Assembly: GCA_017881075.1 (NCBI GenBank)
Contig: JADGRH010000006.1
Location: 117,666 to 181,665 of the forward strand
Origin: Minisyncoccota bacterium
GTDB taxonomy: Bacteria > Patescibacteriota > Minisyncoccia > Phycocordibacterales > CAJBRS01
Direction of reading: 5' to 3'
Length of the DNA: 64,000 nt
Shown piece after piece: positions 9,046-18,897 of the stretch (its first letter is position 1; each line of letters opens with the position of its first letter). The notes under the pieces are model-generated. The model had not been told where the DNA came from. It searched no databases and saw only the letters and a program-made list of their open reading frames with translations. The position numbers and the translations under genes are program-made.

Positions 9046-10227
9046 TTGTGGAAATGGCAGAATGAGGGATTTATCATTAATCTTAGGCTTATTTTACCAT
9101 ACAGTAGGATTCCAAGCCGGTTTTCGGCCTCTCTAAAGCCCAAAAGTCTTATCACAAGCCTCTTCTATGGAAGGCTCATATTATCATTAGTATTACTAAG
9201 CTTGCCAGGCAATACCCAGGCAAGTGTTTTTTCATTTGTTGGCCATCTATTTGCTGGCACCAACGCCAACGCTAGCGCCTCGGATATAGTCCAAGAATCC
9301 TCCAATTCCCAGAAAATGCCTCTTCTCCAGCTGGCTCTAAACACTAATCCTACCCCATACAATAAAGAACCCGACTTAAATGTGGTGGGAGAGGCACTTC
9401 TCGCTGTAAGCGGTCCTGAAGGGGCGGCTTCCGAATCTTCCTCAGTCGTTCGTCCTTCTAATGATCAGATCAGCCTTTATACTGTCCGAGAGGGCGATAC
9501 TCTTTCAAGTATTGCCAACCTTTTTAATGTTACGGTTAATACCATTCGGTGGGCCAACGATCTGAATTCTGGCTCTACTATCAAAAAAGGACAAGTTTTA
9601 ATTATCTTACCGATCTCTGGAGTTAAATATACGGTTAAGAAGGGGGATACAGTTCAGAGTATAGCTAAGTCATACGGTGGTGATGTTGGTGAAATTAATA
9701 GTTTCAACAATCTCGAGGTAGGCCAAAAACTGTCAGTTGGAGATGAGGTTGTTATTCCCGACGGAGAACTTAGCAGTGGCGTCCAAACTTCTTCCGAAAA
9801 TTCATCAAATGGATCTAAAACTACGGTCACCAAGAGTGGTAAAACTACTGCCGGCCCAACTAGTGGCACCTATATTGATTCAAGCGGCTATTTCCGCCGA
9901 CCACTTGACGGAGGCGTTCGCACTCAAGGTATACATGGACACAATGGTGTTGACTGGGGATCTCCGGTAGGCACCCCGATCCACGCCGCCGCTTCTGGCC
10001 AAGTGATTATCAGTAAAAATAGCGGTTGGAATGGTGGCTATGGCGACTATGTGGTAATCAGCCACCCTAATGGTACGCAGACTCTTTATGCTCACATGAG
10101 CAAGACGGCAGTTTCTGGTGGAGCGAACGTGGAGAAAGGAGAAGTTATCGGCTACATTGGCCTGACCGGCGAAACCACCGGCCCCCATGTCCACTTTGAA
10201 GTTCGAGGAGCCAAAAATCCGTTCTAA
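9046..10227 (+). CDS. secreted LysM (x2) + M23 family peptidase (TTG start, uncertain)
   Basis: Two LysM motifs (YTVREGDTLSSIA, YTVKKGDTVQSIA). M23 motifs HNGVDWG...GYGDYVVISH...GPHVHFEV. A signal-like hydrophobic stretch lies ~40 aa in. Confidence 0.8.
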   Translation: MWKWQNEGFIINLRLILPYSRIPSRFSASLKPKSLITSLFYGRLILSLVLLSLPGNTQASVFSFVGHLFAGTNANASASDIVQESSNSQKMPLLQLALNTNPTPYNKEPDLNVVGEALLAVSGPEGAASESSSVVRPSNDQISLYTVREGDTLSSIANLFNVTVNTIRWANDLNSGSTIKKGQVLIILPISGVKYTVKKGDTVQSIAKSYGGDVGEINSFNNLEVGQKLSVGDEVVIPDGELSSGVQTSSENSSNGSKTTVTKSGKTTAGPTSGTYIDSSGYFRRPLDGGVRTQGIHGHNGVDWGSPVGTPIHAAASGQVIISKNSGWNGGYGDYVVISHPNGTQTLYAHMSKTAVSGGANVEKGEVIGYIGLTGETTGPHVHFEVRGAKNPF

Positions 10228-11795
10228 TCGATTTTCTTTGGTCTATATTGTAGAGCTTCTAGCATATGCTGGGGTTCCACATGTTCGGCTCCTTCGAGGT
10301 CGGCGATAGTTCGAGCTAATTTAATTAGACGATGGTATGCGCGGGCGGAGATATCCAATTTATAAGCAGCATTGTCTAAAATATCTTTTACTTTTTCTCT
10401 AAGTGGGATCAAATTCAAAATATTTTTTGGTTTTATTGCACTATTAGTTAGAATTTTAAGCCCATGTTTTCGAAAACGGGTTTGTTGGATGGCTCTGGCC
10501 TTGAGAATTCGTTTTTTTACTTCGTCAGTTTTTTCCCCCAGTCCTTTTAATCCCAACTTTTTATAATCAACTTCAGAAACTTCCAACCAAAGATCTACCC
10601 GATCAATGATTGGTCCGGAAATTTTGCGTCGATAGCTCTGAAGACTAACTTGTCTGCAGGTACATTCTTTATTTTTCGTTCCACGATTGCCACATGGGCA
10701 TGGATTCATTGCGGCAATCAAAATAAAATCAGCGGGGAAAATAGCAGAGCTTTTTGCTCTGGAAACACTAACGACCCTTTCCTCCAATGGTTCACGCAAA
10801 GCGTCTATTGCTCTTCTATCAAACTCCGGAAACTCATCCATAAAAAGAACGCCTCGATGAGCCAGTGTTACCTCCCCGGGCTTCGGAATAGTGCCACCGC
10901 CGATTAGTGATGGATACGAAGCGGTATGATGAGGCGAACGAAATGGTGGGTAGAGCACCAAGGGCTTATCCGACAAGGTCCCCGCAACCGAATGAATGGA
11001 GGTGGCCTCAAGTATTTCCTGGAAAGTAAGTGGTGGTAGGAGATGAGCAAAAGCCTTGGCTAGCATTGTTTTTCCCGTTCCCGGAGGTCCGAACATCAGG
11101 GCATTGTGGCCACCTGCCGCGGCGATCTCGAGCCCGCGCTTTGCCCCTTCCTGACCTTTAATATCGGCAAAATCTACCTCGTAATCACTCGTTTCATAAT
11201 CGATTTTAGTCACTGGTGTTGGTATTAGTTTGGGCGAAACCGGAACGGTTTCGCCCTCCCCCGTTTCTTCTTCCACTTTCTCATTCAGATGTTCAATCAC
11301 TTCACCCAGAGTAGCAAGACCAAAAATATTTATGCCCGAAATAATTGCTGCCTCTTTCACATTTTCCATCGGAACGTAAACCTCTCTGAATTTTCTTTTT
11401 TTTGCTTCTATCACCAAAGGCAACACTCCCTTAATTGGCCGCACTTTCCCGTCGAGCGATAATTCTCCCAAAAAAAGTTTTCCCTTGGGATCAAACTTAA
11501 TTTCTTCTGCCGCTAATAGATAGCCGAGAGCCATGGCCAAATCAAAACTCGGCCCCTCCTTTTTCAGATCAGCCGGAGCAAGTGAAATGACCACCTTTTG
11601 ATTTTTATGTTTAGGTGAAGTGAAGCCAGAATTTTTGATAGCCGCACCGATTCGGTCGCGAGATTCTTCCACTGCCTTGTCAGGAAGGCCCACCACTAAA
11701 AAAGAATAGAGCCCTTTTGAAAGATCAATCTCCACATCAATAATCCTCGCTTTTAAAAGATTACTTTGAGCGCTGAATACTTTGGCAAAACTCAT
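10224..11795 (-). CDS. YifB/ComM family Mg-chelatase-like AAA+ ATPase
   Basis: GPPGTGKTMLA Walker A. VLFMDEFPEF. C-terminal Mg-chelatase-like domain. Confidence 0.85.
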   Translation of the reverse strand: MSFAKVFSAQSNLLKARIIDVEIDLSKGLYSFLVVGLPDKAVEESRDRIGAAIKNSGFTSPKHKNQKVVISLAPADLKKEGPSFDLAMALGYLLAAEEIKFDPKGKLFLGELSLDGKVRPIKGVLPLVIEAKKRKFREVYVPMENVKEAAIISGINIFGLATLGEVIEHLNEKVEEETGEGETVPVSPKLIPTPVTKIDYETSDYEVDFADIKGQEGAKRGLEIAAAGGHNALMFGPPGTGKTMLAKAFAHLLPPLTFQEILEATSIHSVAGTLSDKPLVLYPPFRSPHHTASYPSLIGGGTIPKPGEVTLAHRGVLFMDEFPEFDRRAIDALREPLEERVVSVSRAKSSAIFPADFILIAAMNPCPCGNRGTKNKECTCRQVSLQSYRRKISGPIIDRVDLWLEVSEVDYKKLGLKGLGEKTDEVKKRILKARAIQQTRFRKHGLKILTNSAIKPKNILNLIPLREKVKDILDNAAYKLDISARAYHRLIKLARTIADLEGAEHVEPQHMLEALQYRPKKID

Positions 11796-11854
11796 CCCTC
11801 CATCTTAAATGGTTCGAGATGAGTTTTCGCTAAAACATTCTTAAATTTTTCTTT

Positions 11855-11875
11855 ATAAGAGGTTAAACCTCTTAT
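11855..11875 (-). terminator. 21-nt perfect palindrome ATAAGAGGTTAAACCTCTTAT immediately 3' of dksA (hairpin, weak U-tract)
   Basis: Palindrome read from the sequence. Confidence 0.35.
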
Positions 11876-11879
11876 TTAC

Positions 11880-12266
11880 CTAGACTAAACGAGCATTGAT
11901 ATCTTTCTTGCAAGTTCTGGCAGCGGGATTTGCTTCCAGCCTGTCCGTCTCAATAGCTTCTCCACAGACTTCACAAACTCCATAAGTACCATCTTCTATT
12001 TTCCCCAAAGCAAGCTTAACATCGTTCAACTGAGGCTCCAATTCTTTCAGAATAGCCGCATCGCCCTCAAAACTTTCAAATTTATCTGCCACTTCGTTTC
12101 GGTCCGCTCTCTCAATGTCCATATCTTCTGATTTAGCCTCCCAGTCGGCCGGATTAGAAGGATTCTTCTGAGCCACCTTTTGCACCTGGGAAAGAAGAAG
12201 AGCTCGCTCTTTTTGGAGTTTCTTTTTAAACACACTTAAATCGATATTGAGGTTATTTTTCTTCAT
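11880..12266 (-). CDS. dksA: DksA/TraR family C4 zinc-finger transcription factor
   Basis: C-terminal CEVCGEAI...ARTC four-Cys finger. Coiled-coil N-terminus. Confidence 0.75.
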   Translation of the reverse strand: MKKNNLNIDLSVFKKKLQKERALLLSQVQKVAQKNPSNPADWEAKSEDMDIERADRNEVADKFESFEGDAAILKELEPQLNDVKLALGKIEDGTYGVCEVCGEAIETDRLEANPAARTCKKDINARLV

Positions 12267-12320
12267 AAATTTATTGTCTTGGGTAGTATATCACACCACC
12301 TATCGGAGTCTATTTTAGTT

Positions 12321-13415
12321 CTATTTTTCCTGGCCAGTTTGAATATAACGCCCAACTATCTCTTTAAAAGCCTCTTCACCCTGGGTGAAAATAACGGTAT
12401 GTGGGTCTATAAAAGAATAAAGAAAGACAATTTTACCGCTTGAATCGGTAATGACTCGGGTGTCTCGGTTCTGAATTAGTCGATCTTTGAATGGCTCTGT
12501 CGGAGAAGTTCGAATAAGCGGAGAAAGAGTAAAGGTTGTATTTGAAGTGGTGGCAGTGCTACTCGAAGCTGTGGTGGTGCTGATCGAATTTGTAATGACA
12601 GGGGCTTGAAGAATGGAAAAGAGGGGTGTCATATCCTGCTGCAGAGTTCCTTCCCACTCAAGCATTCCGGCAAAGGCAATTTCATAGGAGTCGCTTCTCA
12701 ATATCATAAACACTTCGCTACTGTTATTACTCGTTTGGTAGATGCCAAGCATGTAAATATCTTGAATAGAACGAAAAATCGGGGCCGGAATGCGAGTGTT
12801 AAGAAGAGTGGTGAGACGACTGCCGGAAATAAGGTGCCTTGCTCCAAGTTCTATCGAAGTAGAAGTGCCTACATCTTTTTCGGTGACAATTAAATTCTCT
12901 ATTGTTCCTGATGGACGAGCGAGACGTTTTATCTTGCCAACTTCATTGACCAAAATATTCGGATCAGCTATATCCAATTTCAACTCTGTATTTTTTTCAG
13001 CGTAGACTAAATTTTTAGGGAGATTTAAAACATTGTTTTGATTAGTGCCACGCAGAAAAAAGAAATAACCGATTATGGCAATGCCAGCAATTACAAGAGC
13101 AGCACTTAGGACAAAGAAGAGCACTGATCTTTTTGAATCAATCGATACCGCTTCCTTGGTAAGGCCCTGTGCCTCCTGGCGTTTTTTTTCCGCTAAAGCT
13201 ATTTTGATTACCGAGACATTATCTTTCTTGATGGCCTCCGCCACATCGCTCTGATACGTCTTTAGAGGCCTCATCGGATCTTCCAGTTTCTTCTCCTTAG
13301 CATGAGCAACGGCCTCCTTCAGTTTTGCCGCTTGATCTACGGAAGGAGGCCGCACAAGACCAGGTTCTCTAATTGATCCTAGATTTGGATTTTTTTCATT
13401 TTCTAAAGGTGGCAT
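12321..13415 (-). CDS. hypothetical single-pass membrane protein
   Basis: Long ORF with one TM helix (VLFFVLSAALVIAGIAIIGYFFFL). No recognisable domain. Confidence 0.55.
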   Translation of the reverse strand: MPPLENEKNPNLGSIREPGLVRPPSVDQAAKLKEAVAHAKEKKLEDPMRPLKTYQSDVAEAIKKDNVSVIKIALAEKKRQEAQGLTKEAVSIDSKRSVLFFVLSAALVIAGIAIIGYFFFLRGTNQNNVLNLPKNLVYAEKNTELKLDIADPNILVNEVGKIKRLARPSGTIENLIVTEKDVGTSTSIELGARHLISGSRLTTLLNTRIPAPIFRSIQDIYMLGIYQTSNNSSEVFMILRSDSYEIAFAGMLEWEGTLQQDMTPLFSILQAPVITNSISTTTASSSTATTSNTTFTLSPLIRTSPTEPFKDRLIQNRDTRVITDSSGKIVFLYSFIDPHTVIFTQGEEAFKEIVGRYIQTGQEK

Positions 13416-13446
13416 GCGCTAATTTTACACTAGCCTGTTTCAAAAA

Positions 13447-15549
13447 CTAGGCGGTTGGTTTTTTGATGAAGTTTGGATCGGCTTGTTTGATGGAGAGGGC
13501 GATGCGGCCGCGTTCGTCTGTGCCTTTCACCATGATAGGCACGGTCTGGCCTTCTTTCAGAAATTGACCGATATTCTCTATTCGGAAGGAGGCAATTTCG
13601 GAGACATGCACCAATCCTTCAGTAGAGGTGCCGATCTTCACAAAGGCTCCGAAGTCCATGATCTTGACCACTACGCCTTCAAAACGCTCGCCAGGCATGT
13701 ATTCATGAGTCATTTCCTCCACAATAGCCTTGGCTTTCTCAGCCGAGCCGCCGGTTCCAGTGAAGAAGACAGTTCCGTCATCTTCAATATCAATTTCAGC
13801 GCCCGTCCTCTCTTTAATATCTTTAATAGTCTTTCCTCCCCCGCCAATAACTAGACCAATTTGATCTGGTTTAATTTTAATTGAGATAATTTTTGGTGCT
13901 CTTGGAGAAATATCGGCACGAGGGGCAACAATTTCTTTCTCGATCACATCAATAATTTGTAAACGAGCCGCTTTTGCTTTCTCCAATGCCTCTCCCAGAA
14001 TTTTTAGAGTAATGCCTCCGACTTTCACATCCATTTGCACTGCCGTCACTCCCGTTCGCGTTCCTGCTACCTTAAAATCCATATCACCATGATGGTCTTC
14101 TGGTCCTTGAATGTCAGTGAGCAGTACATAATTATCATCATCTTTCATCATCAGTCCCGAAGCGATGCCGGCAACAGGAGATTTAATTGGCACCCCACCA
14201 TCCATCAAAGCTAGCGTAGAAGCGCAGACAGAACCCATTGAAGTAGAGCCATTTGATGCCATTGATTCTGAAACGAGACGAATAGTGTAAGGAAATTCCT
14301 CCTTTGGAGGAAGAACCATTGAGAGAGCTTTTTCGGCCAGATTGCCGTGGCCGATCATTCGACGATTGGCGCCACCCATTCTACCGGTCTCACCCACTGA
14401 AAACGGCGGAAAATTATAATGATGCATAAAACGTTTCTTGGTTTGCAATTCCATACCATCAATTGTTTGTGAATCGCCCGGTCCGCCAAGAGTAAGAGCT
14501 GAAAGGACGTGAGTTCCTCCGCGATAGAAAATGCCGGAGCCATGAAGCATCGGAGAGATACCGCCGGCCTGGGCAAAGAGTGGCCTTAAATCGTCCATGC
14601 CGCGACCGTCAGGCCTGCGCTTCTTCTCGATCGCTTCCTTATGTATCAAATCATTCACCTTTTCTTCAAAATATTCTTCAGCCAAAGATTTTTTCTCTTC
14701 CGGAAGAGTTTCAACATAAAGAGCCATCCACTCCACCTTCAATTCTTCTGATTCCTTCTTCCCCGGACCGGAGAAAACGGAAGCTTCTATTCGGGACTCA
14801 ATCTTTTCTTTAAAAATAGCTACTGCTGCCCCATTTATTTCTATTGCTTCAATGATTTTTTTCTCTTTACCAACTTCCTTTATTATTTTTGTCTGAAATT
14901 GCTGTAATTTTTCTATTTCAGCAGAAGCAAACTGAAGAGCTGCCGATAGATTTTCATTAGAAGTCTCTTGTGCTCCTACTTCTATCATGTTTATCTTTCC
15001 ATCTTTGCCACAAGCTACTAAATCGAGAGTGGCGGTAGCTCTTTGGTTATAGGTAGGATTGAGAATAAAGCCCGTATTATCTGGAGATTTTACTGCTCGC
15101 ACCGCACTCACTGGTCCGTTCCATGGAATGTCGGAGGTACTAATAGCCAAGGATGTCGCTATTACAGCCAAAATATCCGGATCATCCTCGTCAATCGATA
15201 GAACAGTTATTACTACCTGAATATCATGTCTAATATGCTGTTCAAAAAGCGGTCGGATAGTTCGGTCCACAATTCGGCCGGACAGAATAGCTTCATCAGA
15301 CGGCCGGCCTTCGCGCCTTGTGAACTGCCCACCCAAAATCCGGCCGGCCGCGTAAAACTTTTCCTCGTAATCAACAGTCAAAGGAAAGAAATCAGAATCT
15401 TTCGGTTTCTTCGACATCACGGCAGTAGCAAAGACGACGGTGTTGCCGTATTTAACCATTACCGAACCATTGGCCTGATCCGCCAGGTCATTAAACTCCG
15501 CTGTTAAAGTTTTTCCTCCTACTTCAATCGAATATTCTTTTTTTTGCAT
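13447..15549 (-). CDS. pnp: polyribonucleotide nucleotidyltransferase (PNPase)
   Basis: Two RNase PH domains. KH (GGGGKTIKDI) and S1 domains at the C-terminus. Confidence 0.95.
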   Translation of the reverse strand: MQKKEYSIEVGGKTLTAEFNDLADQANGSVMVKYGNTVVFATAVMSKKPKDSDFFPLTVDYEEKFYAAGRILGGQFTRREGRPSDEAILSGRIVDRTIRPLFEQHIRHDIQVVITVLSIDEDDPDILAVIATSLAISTSDIPWNGPVSAVRAVKSPDNTGFILNPTYNQRATATLDLVACGKDGKINMIEVGAQETSNENLSAALQFASAEIEKLQQFQTKIIKEVGKEKKIIEAIEINGAAVAIFKEKIESRIEASVFSGPGKKESEELKVEWMALYVETLPEEKKSLAEEYFEEKVNDLIHKEAIEKKRRPDGRGMDDLRPLFAQAGGISPMLHGSGIFYRGGTHVLSALTLGGPGDSQTIDGMELQTKKRFMHHYNFPPFSVGETGRMGGANRRMIGHGNLAEKALSMVLPPKEEFPYTIRLVSESMASNGSTSMGSVCASTLALMDGGVPIKSPVAGIASGLMMKDDDNYVLLTDIQGPEDHHGDMDFKVAGTRTGVTAVQMDVKVGGITLKILGEALEKAKAARLQIIDVIEKEIVAPRADISPRAPKIISIKIKPDQIGLVIGGGGKTIKDIKERTGAEIDIEDDGTVFFTGTGGSAEKAKAIVEEMTHEYMPGERFEGVVVKIMDFGAFVKIGTSTEGLVHVSEIASFRIENIGQFLKEGQTVPIMVKGTDERGRIALSIKQADPNFIKKPTA

Positions 15550-15649
15550 AACGCTTGTTAGCGTTCAAATTATAAATCTGAAGAAAGATCTTCAAATCTA
15601 GGTATTTGGACGCTAAATTAACTTCTAATATCTAAATCCTAGCACAAAA

Positions 15650-16159
15650 TTATTTTTTATTCAGCAAGTACTTTTTAGGGTTGAGATCAAGATCAATGAA
15701 ATCATCCACCGTTTCCTTCAGTTTTCCGGAGGCGGATTTGCCGAATGAGACCCCTTCCACCTGACAACCATTCATTTGGAGGTATTCTACGAGGGGAATA
15801 AAGTCGCCGTCGCCGGAAACAATAACCACTGCATCCAGTTTTGCGGACAATTTAATAGCGTCAACAGCCAATCCAACGTCCCAGTCCGCCTTTTTACTGC
15901 CACTAGAGAAAATCTGAAGGTTTTTAGTCTTTGTTTCAATACCCATCTTTACCAAAGCCTCAAAAAAATTCTTTTCGTCCCCTGCTTCGGTGGTAATAAC
16001 ATAAGCTATAGCTCTGACCAAGATTCGTCCGGCCAAAGTATCCTTTAAAATGGCGCCAAAATTAACTCTGGCGTGATAGAGGTTCTTGGCACTATGATAA
16101 AGATTCTGGGCATCAATGAAAATCCCAACTCGCTGTTCTTTGTGTTTAATAACGGCCAT
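15650..16159 (-). CDS. NYN/LabA-like (DUF88) domain protein
   Basis: N-terminus VGIFIDAQNLYHSA... DGDFIPLV, typical of NYN nuclease folds. Confidence 0.65.
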   Translation of the reverse strand: MAVIKHKEQRVGIFIDAQNLYHSAKNLYHARVNFGAILKDTLAGRILVRAIAYVITTEAGDEKNFFEALVKMGIETKTKNLQIFSSGSKKADWDVGLAVDAIKLSAKLDAVVIVSGDGDFIPLVEYLQMNGCQVEGVSFGKSASGKLKETVDDFIDLDLNPKKYLLNKK

Positions 16160-16179
16160 TAATTAGGTTTTAGGAACGC

Positions 16180-16446
16180 TTATCTCTTAAGATCTAACTT
16201 CTTTAAAACCGCCTGATACCGTTTGATGTCCTTTTTCTGCAGATATTTCAAATGGCTCTGGCGATCGGCTACCAACTGTAGTAATCCGCGTCGAGAATGG
16301 TTGTCTTTGAGGTTTTTCTTCAAATGTTTAGCCAATTCATCAATCCTTTTGGAAATTATAGAAATTTGTACCTCCGGAGAGCCCGTATCGGTCTCATGTA
16401 CCCGTGTTTCCTTGATAATTCGCTGTTTTTTGGTCTTTGTTAACAT
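16180..16446 (-). CDS. rpsO: 30S ribosomal protein S15
   Basis: 88 aa. GSPEVQISIISKRIDELAKHLKKNLKDNHSRRGLLQLV. Confidence 0.95.
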   Translation of the reverse strand: MLTKTKKQRIIKETRVHETDTGSPEVQISIISKRIDELAKHLKKNLKDNHSRRGLLQLVADRQSHLKYLQKKDIKRYQAVLKKLDLKR

Positions 16447-16516
16447 TTGAGCATTCTAGCATAAAAGGCCATTTTTTGCAATTTTTAGCCTTTTTGGTCT
16501 CCTATTTGCTATAATA

Positions 16517-17461
16517 TTGTGCGACATGACTCTTCAAGAATTAAAACGTCAATATCTGGAACACATTGAGATAGAAAAGGGGCGGAGTTTAAATACGGTG
16601 CGGAATTATGAGCACTACCTGGATCGATTTTTGGAATTTTCAAAAGCGAAGAGTCCGAGTGATATTACAGACGAGGTTCTTCGCGAATATCGCCTGTGGT
16701 TGAATCGTCAAAGCGCCGGAGCGAAGAATATCAAAGAGACCGACACTCTAAAGAAGCGCACCCAAAATTATTATCTCATCGCTCTCCGGTCTTTCTTGAA
16801 ATACCTGGCCAAAAGAAAGATCACTTCCCTCTCACCGGAAACAATTGAGCTCGCCAAGGTACCCGAACGCTCGCTCGATCTCATTTCTGGTGATGATCTC
16901 AAACGATTACTCAAGGCCCCAGAGAAAGAAAAGAATGAGCTGAAAAAACTAAGAGATAGAGCCATTTTAGAGCTATTTTTCTCTACCGGTCTTCGTGTCT
17001 CCGAGCTCTGTTCTCTCTCGCGGGACCTCGATATGGGCAAGGATGAGTTCTCTATTCGAGGAAAAGGCGAGAAAGTAAGAGTAGTTTTCTTATCTGATGA
17101 AGCAAAAGCGGCAGTGAAAAAATATTTAGCCAAGAGAGTAGACGTGCAAGACGCCATGTTTGTTCAGCTGCAAAGTCCTATCGGAAAAAGTAAAGAAGCT
17201 AAAGAACTCAATCGTCTCACTCCCCGCTCTATTGAAAGAATCGTCAAAAATTACGCTATCAAGGCCGGTATTTCTAAAAAAGTAACCCCTCACGTTCTTC
17301 GTCACAGCTTTGCCACCGATCTTCTGGAAAACGGCGCCGACCTCCGATCCGTTCAGATGCTTCTCGGCCACGCCAATATCACCACTACCCAGATCTACAC
17401 CCACGTGACCGACAAACATCTGAAAGATATCCATAAAAATTTTCATAACAAGAGAAAATAA
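16517..17461 (+). CDS. xerC: tyrosine site-specific recombinase XerC/XerD family
   Basis: C-terminus HVLRHSFATDLLENGADLRSVQMLLGHANITTTQIYTHV. Confidence 0.85.
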   Translation: MCDMTLQELKRQYLEHIEIEKGRSLNTVRNYEHYLDRFLEFSKAKSPSDITDEVLREYRLWLNRQSAGAKNIKETDTLKKRTQNYYLIALRSFLKYLAKRKITSLSPETIELAKVPERSLDLISGDDLKRLLKAPEKEKNELKKLRDRAILELFFSTGLRVSELCSLSRDLDMGKDEFSIRGKGEKVRVVFLSDEAKAAVKKYLAKRVDVQDAMFVQLQSPIGKSKEAKELNRLTPRSIERIVKNYAIKAGISKKVTPHVLRHSFATDLLENGADLRSVQMLLGHANITTTQIYTHVTDKHLKDIHKNFHNKRK

Positions 17462-17520
17462 GTCGAAATAAACAAAAACACCTCCACGCACAAGGCACGA
17501 AGGTGTTCTGGGTCAATCCT

Positions 17521-17712
17521 TTAAGAAGCGGTTGCGCTTAAGCCGGCGCCGTCGTCAATGTCTTTGCCGTAAAGCTGCAAAAACAGGTTGTCTTTTTGCG
17601 GCTCATGGACGCGAGTCCCAGCACGTATCGGATGTTCCGGTTCTTGCGGTTCGGCTTGAGAAAACTGCACCACGTTTGATTCTGCGTCGGCATTGCTTCC
17701 AGATGTATTCAT
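17521..17712 (-). CDS. small hypothetical ORF (63 aa) in otherwise unassigned 410-bp gap
   Basis: ORF only, with no obvious SD. Confidence 0.2.
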   Translation of the reverse strand: MNTSGSNADAESNVVQFSQAEPQEPEHPIRAGTRVHEPQKDNLFLQLYGKDIDDGAGLSATAS

Positions 17713-17874
17713 CAGTTGGTTTTCTTCTTCATGGGTTTGGTTTTTTTGTGCTTACCTCTCGATTACTTGATCGAAAAGCTCTGGGGAATAATTATATGCT
17801 TATACTTGATAAGAACAAGTCAATAAATAAAAATGTTGGTGATAACTTTTTTCTTATTTTGATAAGATTAATTC

Positions 17875-18645
17875 ATGAAGATTATTTCCTGGAATGTTAA
17901 TGGCATAAGGGCGTGGCACAAGAAAGGTTATCTAGATTGGTTTCTCGCCGAGGATCTGGATATTCTCTGTCTTCAGGAAACCAAGGCTCATCCGGAGCAA
18001 TTAGTAGAGGAACTGCGGAACCCGAAAGGTTACCACTCCTACTTTGATCATTCAAAAGGTAAAAAAGGCTACAGCGGGGTCGCCGTTTACACTAAAATCA
18101 AGCCGGAAAAAATAGAATATGGTCTCGGAGTGGAAACGCTTGATCAAGAGGGTCGGTTTATCGCTCTTCACTTTAAGGATTTCGTTCTAATCAATACCTA
18201 CTTCCCTAACGGTGGAGGCGGGCCCATCAGACTTAAATACAAGCTCGATTATTACAAGGCCTATTTGAAATACGCCGAGAGCCTTAGAAAAAAAGGCAAA
18301 AAGATCATCTTCTGCGGAGATATAAACACCGCCCATACCGAGATCGACCTCGCCCGGCCAAAAGAGAACGCTTCACACACGGGCTTTCTGCCCATAGAGC
18401 GGGCATGGCTTGATAAAGTAGTAGAACATGGCTATATTGACGTCTTTCGTCATTTCTACCCCAATAAAAGAGAGGCTTATACCTATTGGGATATGTATAC
18501 TCATGCCCGAGATCGCAATGTCGGCTGGCGCATAGACTACTTTTTTGTCACTCCCAATCTCATCAAAAAAGTGAAAAAGATTGAAATCTTAAGGGAAGTA
18601 TATGGCTCTGACCATTGTCCTATTTTATTGGAAATAGACCTTTAG
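17875..18645 (+). CDS. xth: exodeoxyribonuclease III
   Basis: MKIISWNVNGIRA...LCLQETK...SDHCPI. Confidence 0.95.
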   Translation: MKIISWNVNGIRAWHKKGYLDWFLAEDLDILCLQETKAHPEQLVEELRNPKGYHSYFDHSKGKKGYSGVAVYTKIKPEKIEYGLGVETLDQEGRFIALHFKDFVLINTYFPNGGGGPIRLKYKLDYYKAYLKYAESLRKKGKKIIFCGDINTAHTEIDLARPKENASHTGFLPIERAWLDKVVEHGYIDVFRHFYPNKREAYTYWDMYTHARDRNVGWRIDYFFVTPNLIKKVKKIEILREVYGSDHCPILLEIDL

Positions 18646-18648
18646 AAA

Positions 18649-18668
18649 GTTATCCCCAGTTATCCCCA
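18649..18668 (+). repeat. tandem direct repeat GTTATCCCCA x2 (8/9 match to DnaA box TTATCCACA)
   Basis: Read from the sequence. Confidence 0.5.
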
Positions 18669-18672
18669 CAAG

Positions 18673-18707
18673 TGTCCTTTACATGTCCTATAGATGTCCT
18701 ATATAAT
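18673..18707 (+). promoter_or_regulatory. promoter TTTACA-N18-TATAAT overlapped by three 11-bp-phased direct repeats TGTCCT(T/A)TA
   Basis: TGTCCT at 18673, 18684 and 18695. -35 at 18678-18683 and -10 at 18702-18707. Confidence 0.5.
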
Positions 18708-18768
18708 AACCATCAGAGATTCGCTTTCGAGATTGGCCTTATCCCTCTGCCAGTTAAGAACTAGCGCC

Positions 18769-18784
18769 GTCCTTTAAAAAGGAC
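18769..18784 (+). promoter_or_regulatory. perfect palindrome GTCCTTTAAAAAGGAC sharing the GTCCT half-site
   Basis: Read from the sequence. Confidence 0.5.
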
Positions 18785-18852
18785 ATCTTGTAACAAGTTA
18801 ATTTATCCCATTTGGGACAAATTCGTTCAACTTCTACTTGGTGTCTCTTTGT

Positions 18853-18897
18853 CAAGAGCCACCTTCACCTTTAAAAATAGCTGATCGTGGCTCTTTT
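18853..18897 (+). terminator. hairpin AGAGCCAC...GTGGCTCT + TTTTT (plus-strand oriented)
   Basis: 8-bp stem, long loop and a T5 tract. Confidence 0.4.

Noticed and set aside
18649-18668. CRISPR array or oriC at the GTTATCCCCA tandem repeat
   Set aside because: Only two 10-bp units and no spacers. Too few DnaA boxes, and no AT-rich unwinding element or dnaA/dnaN nearby.
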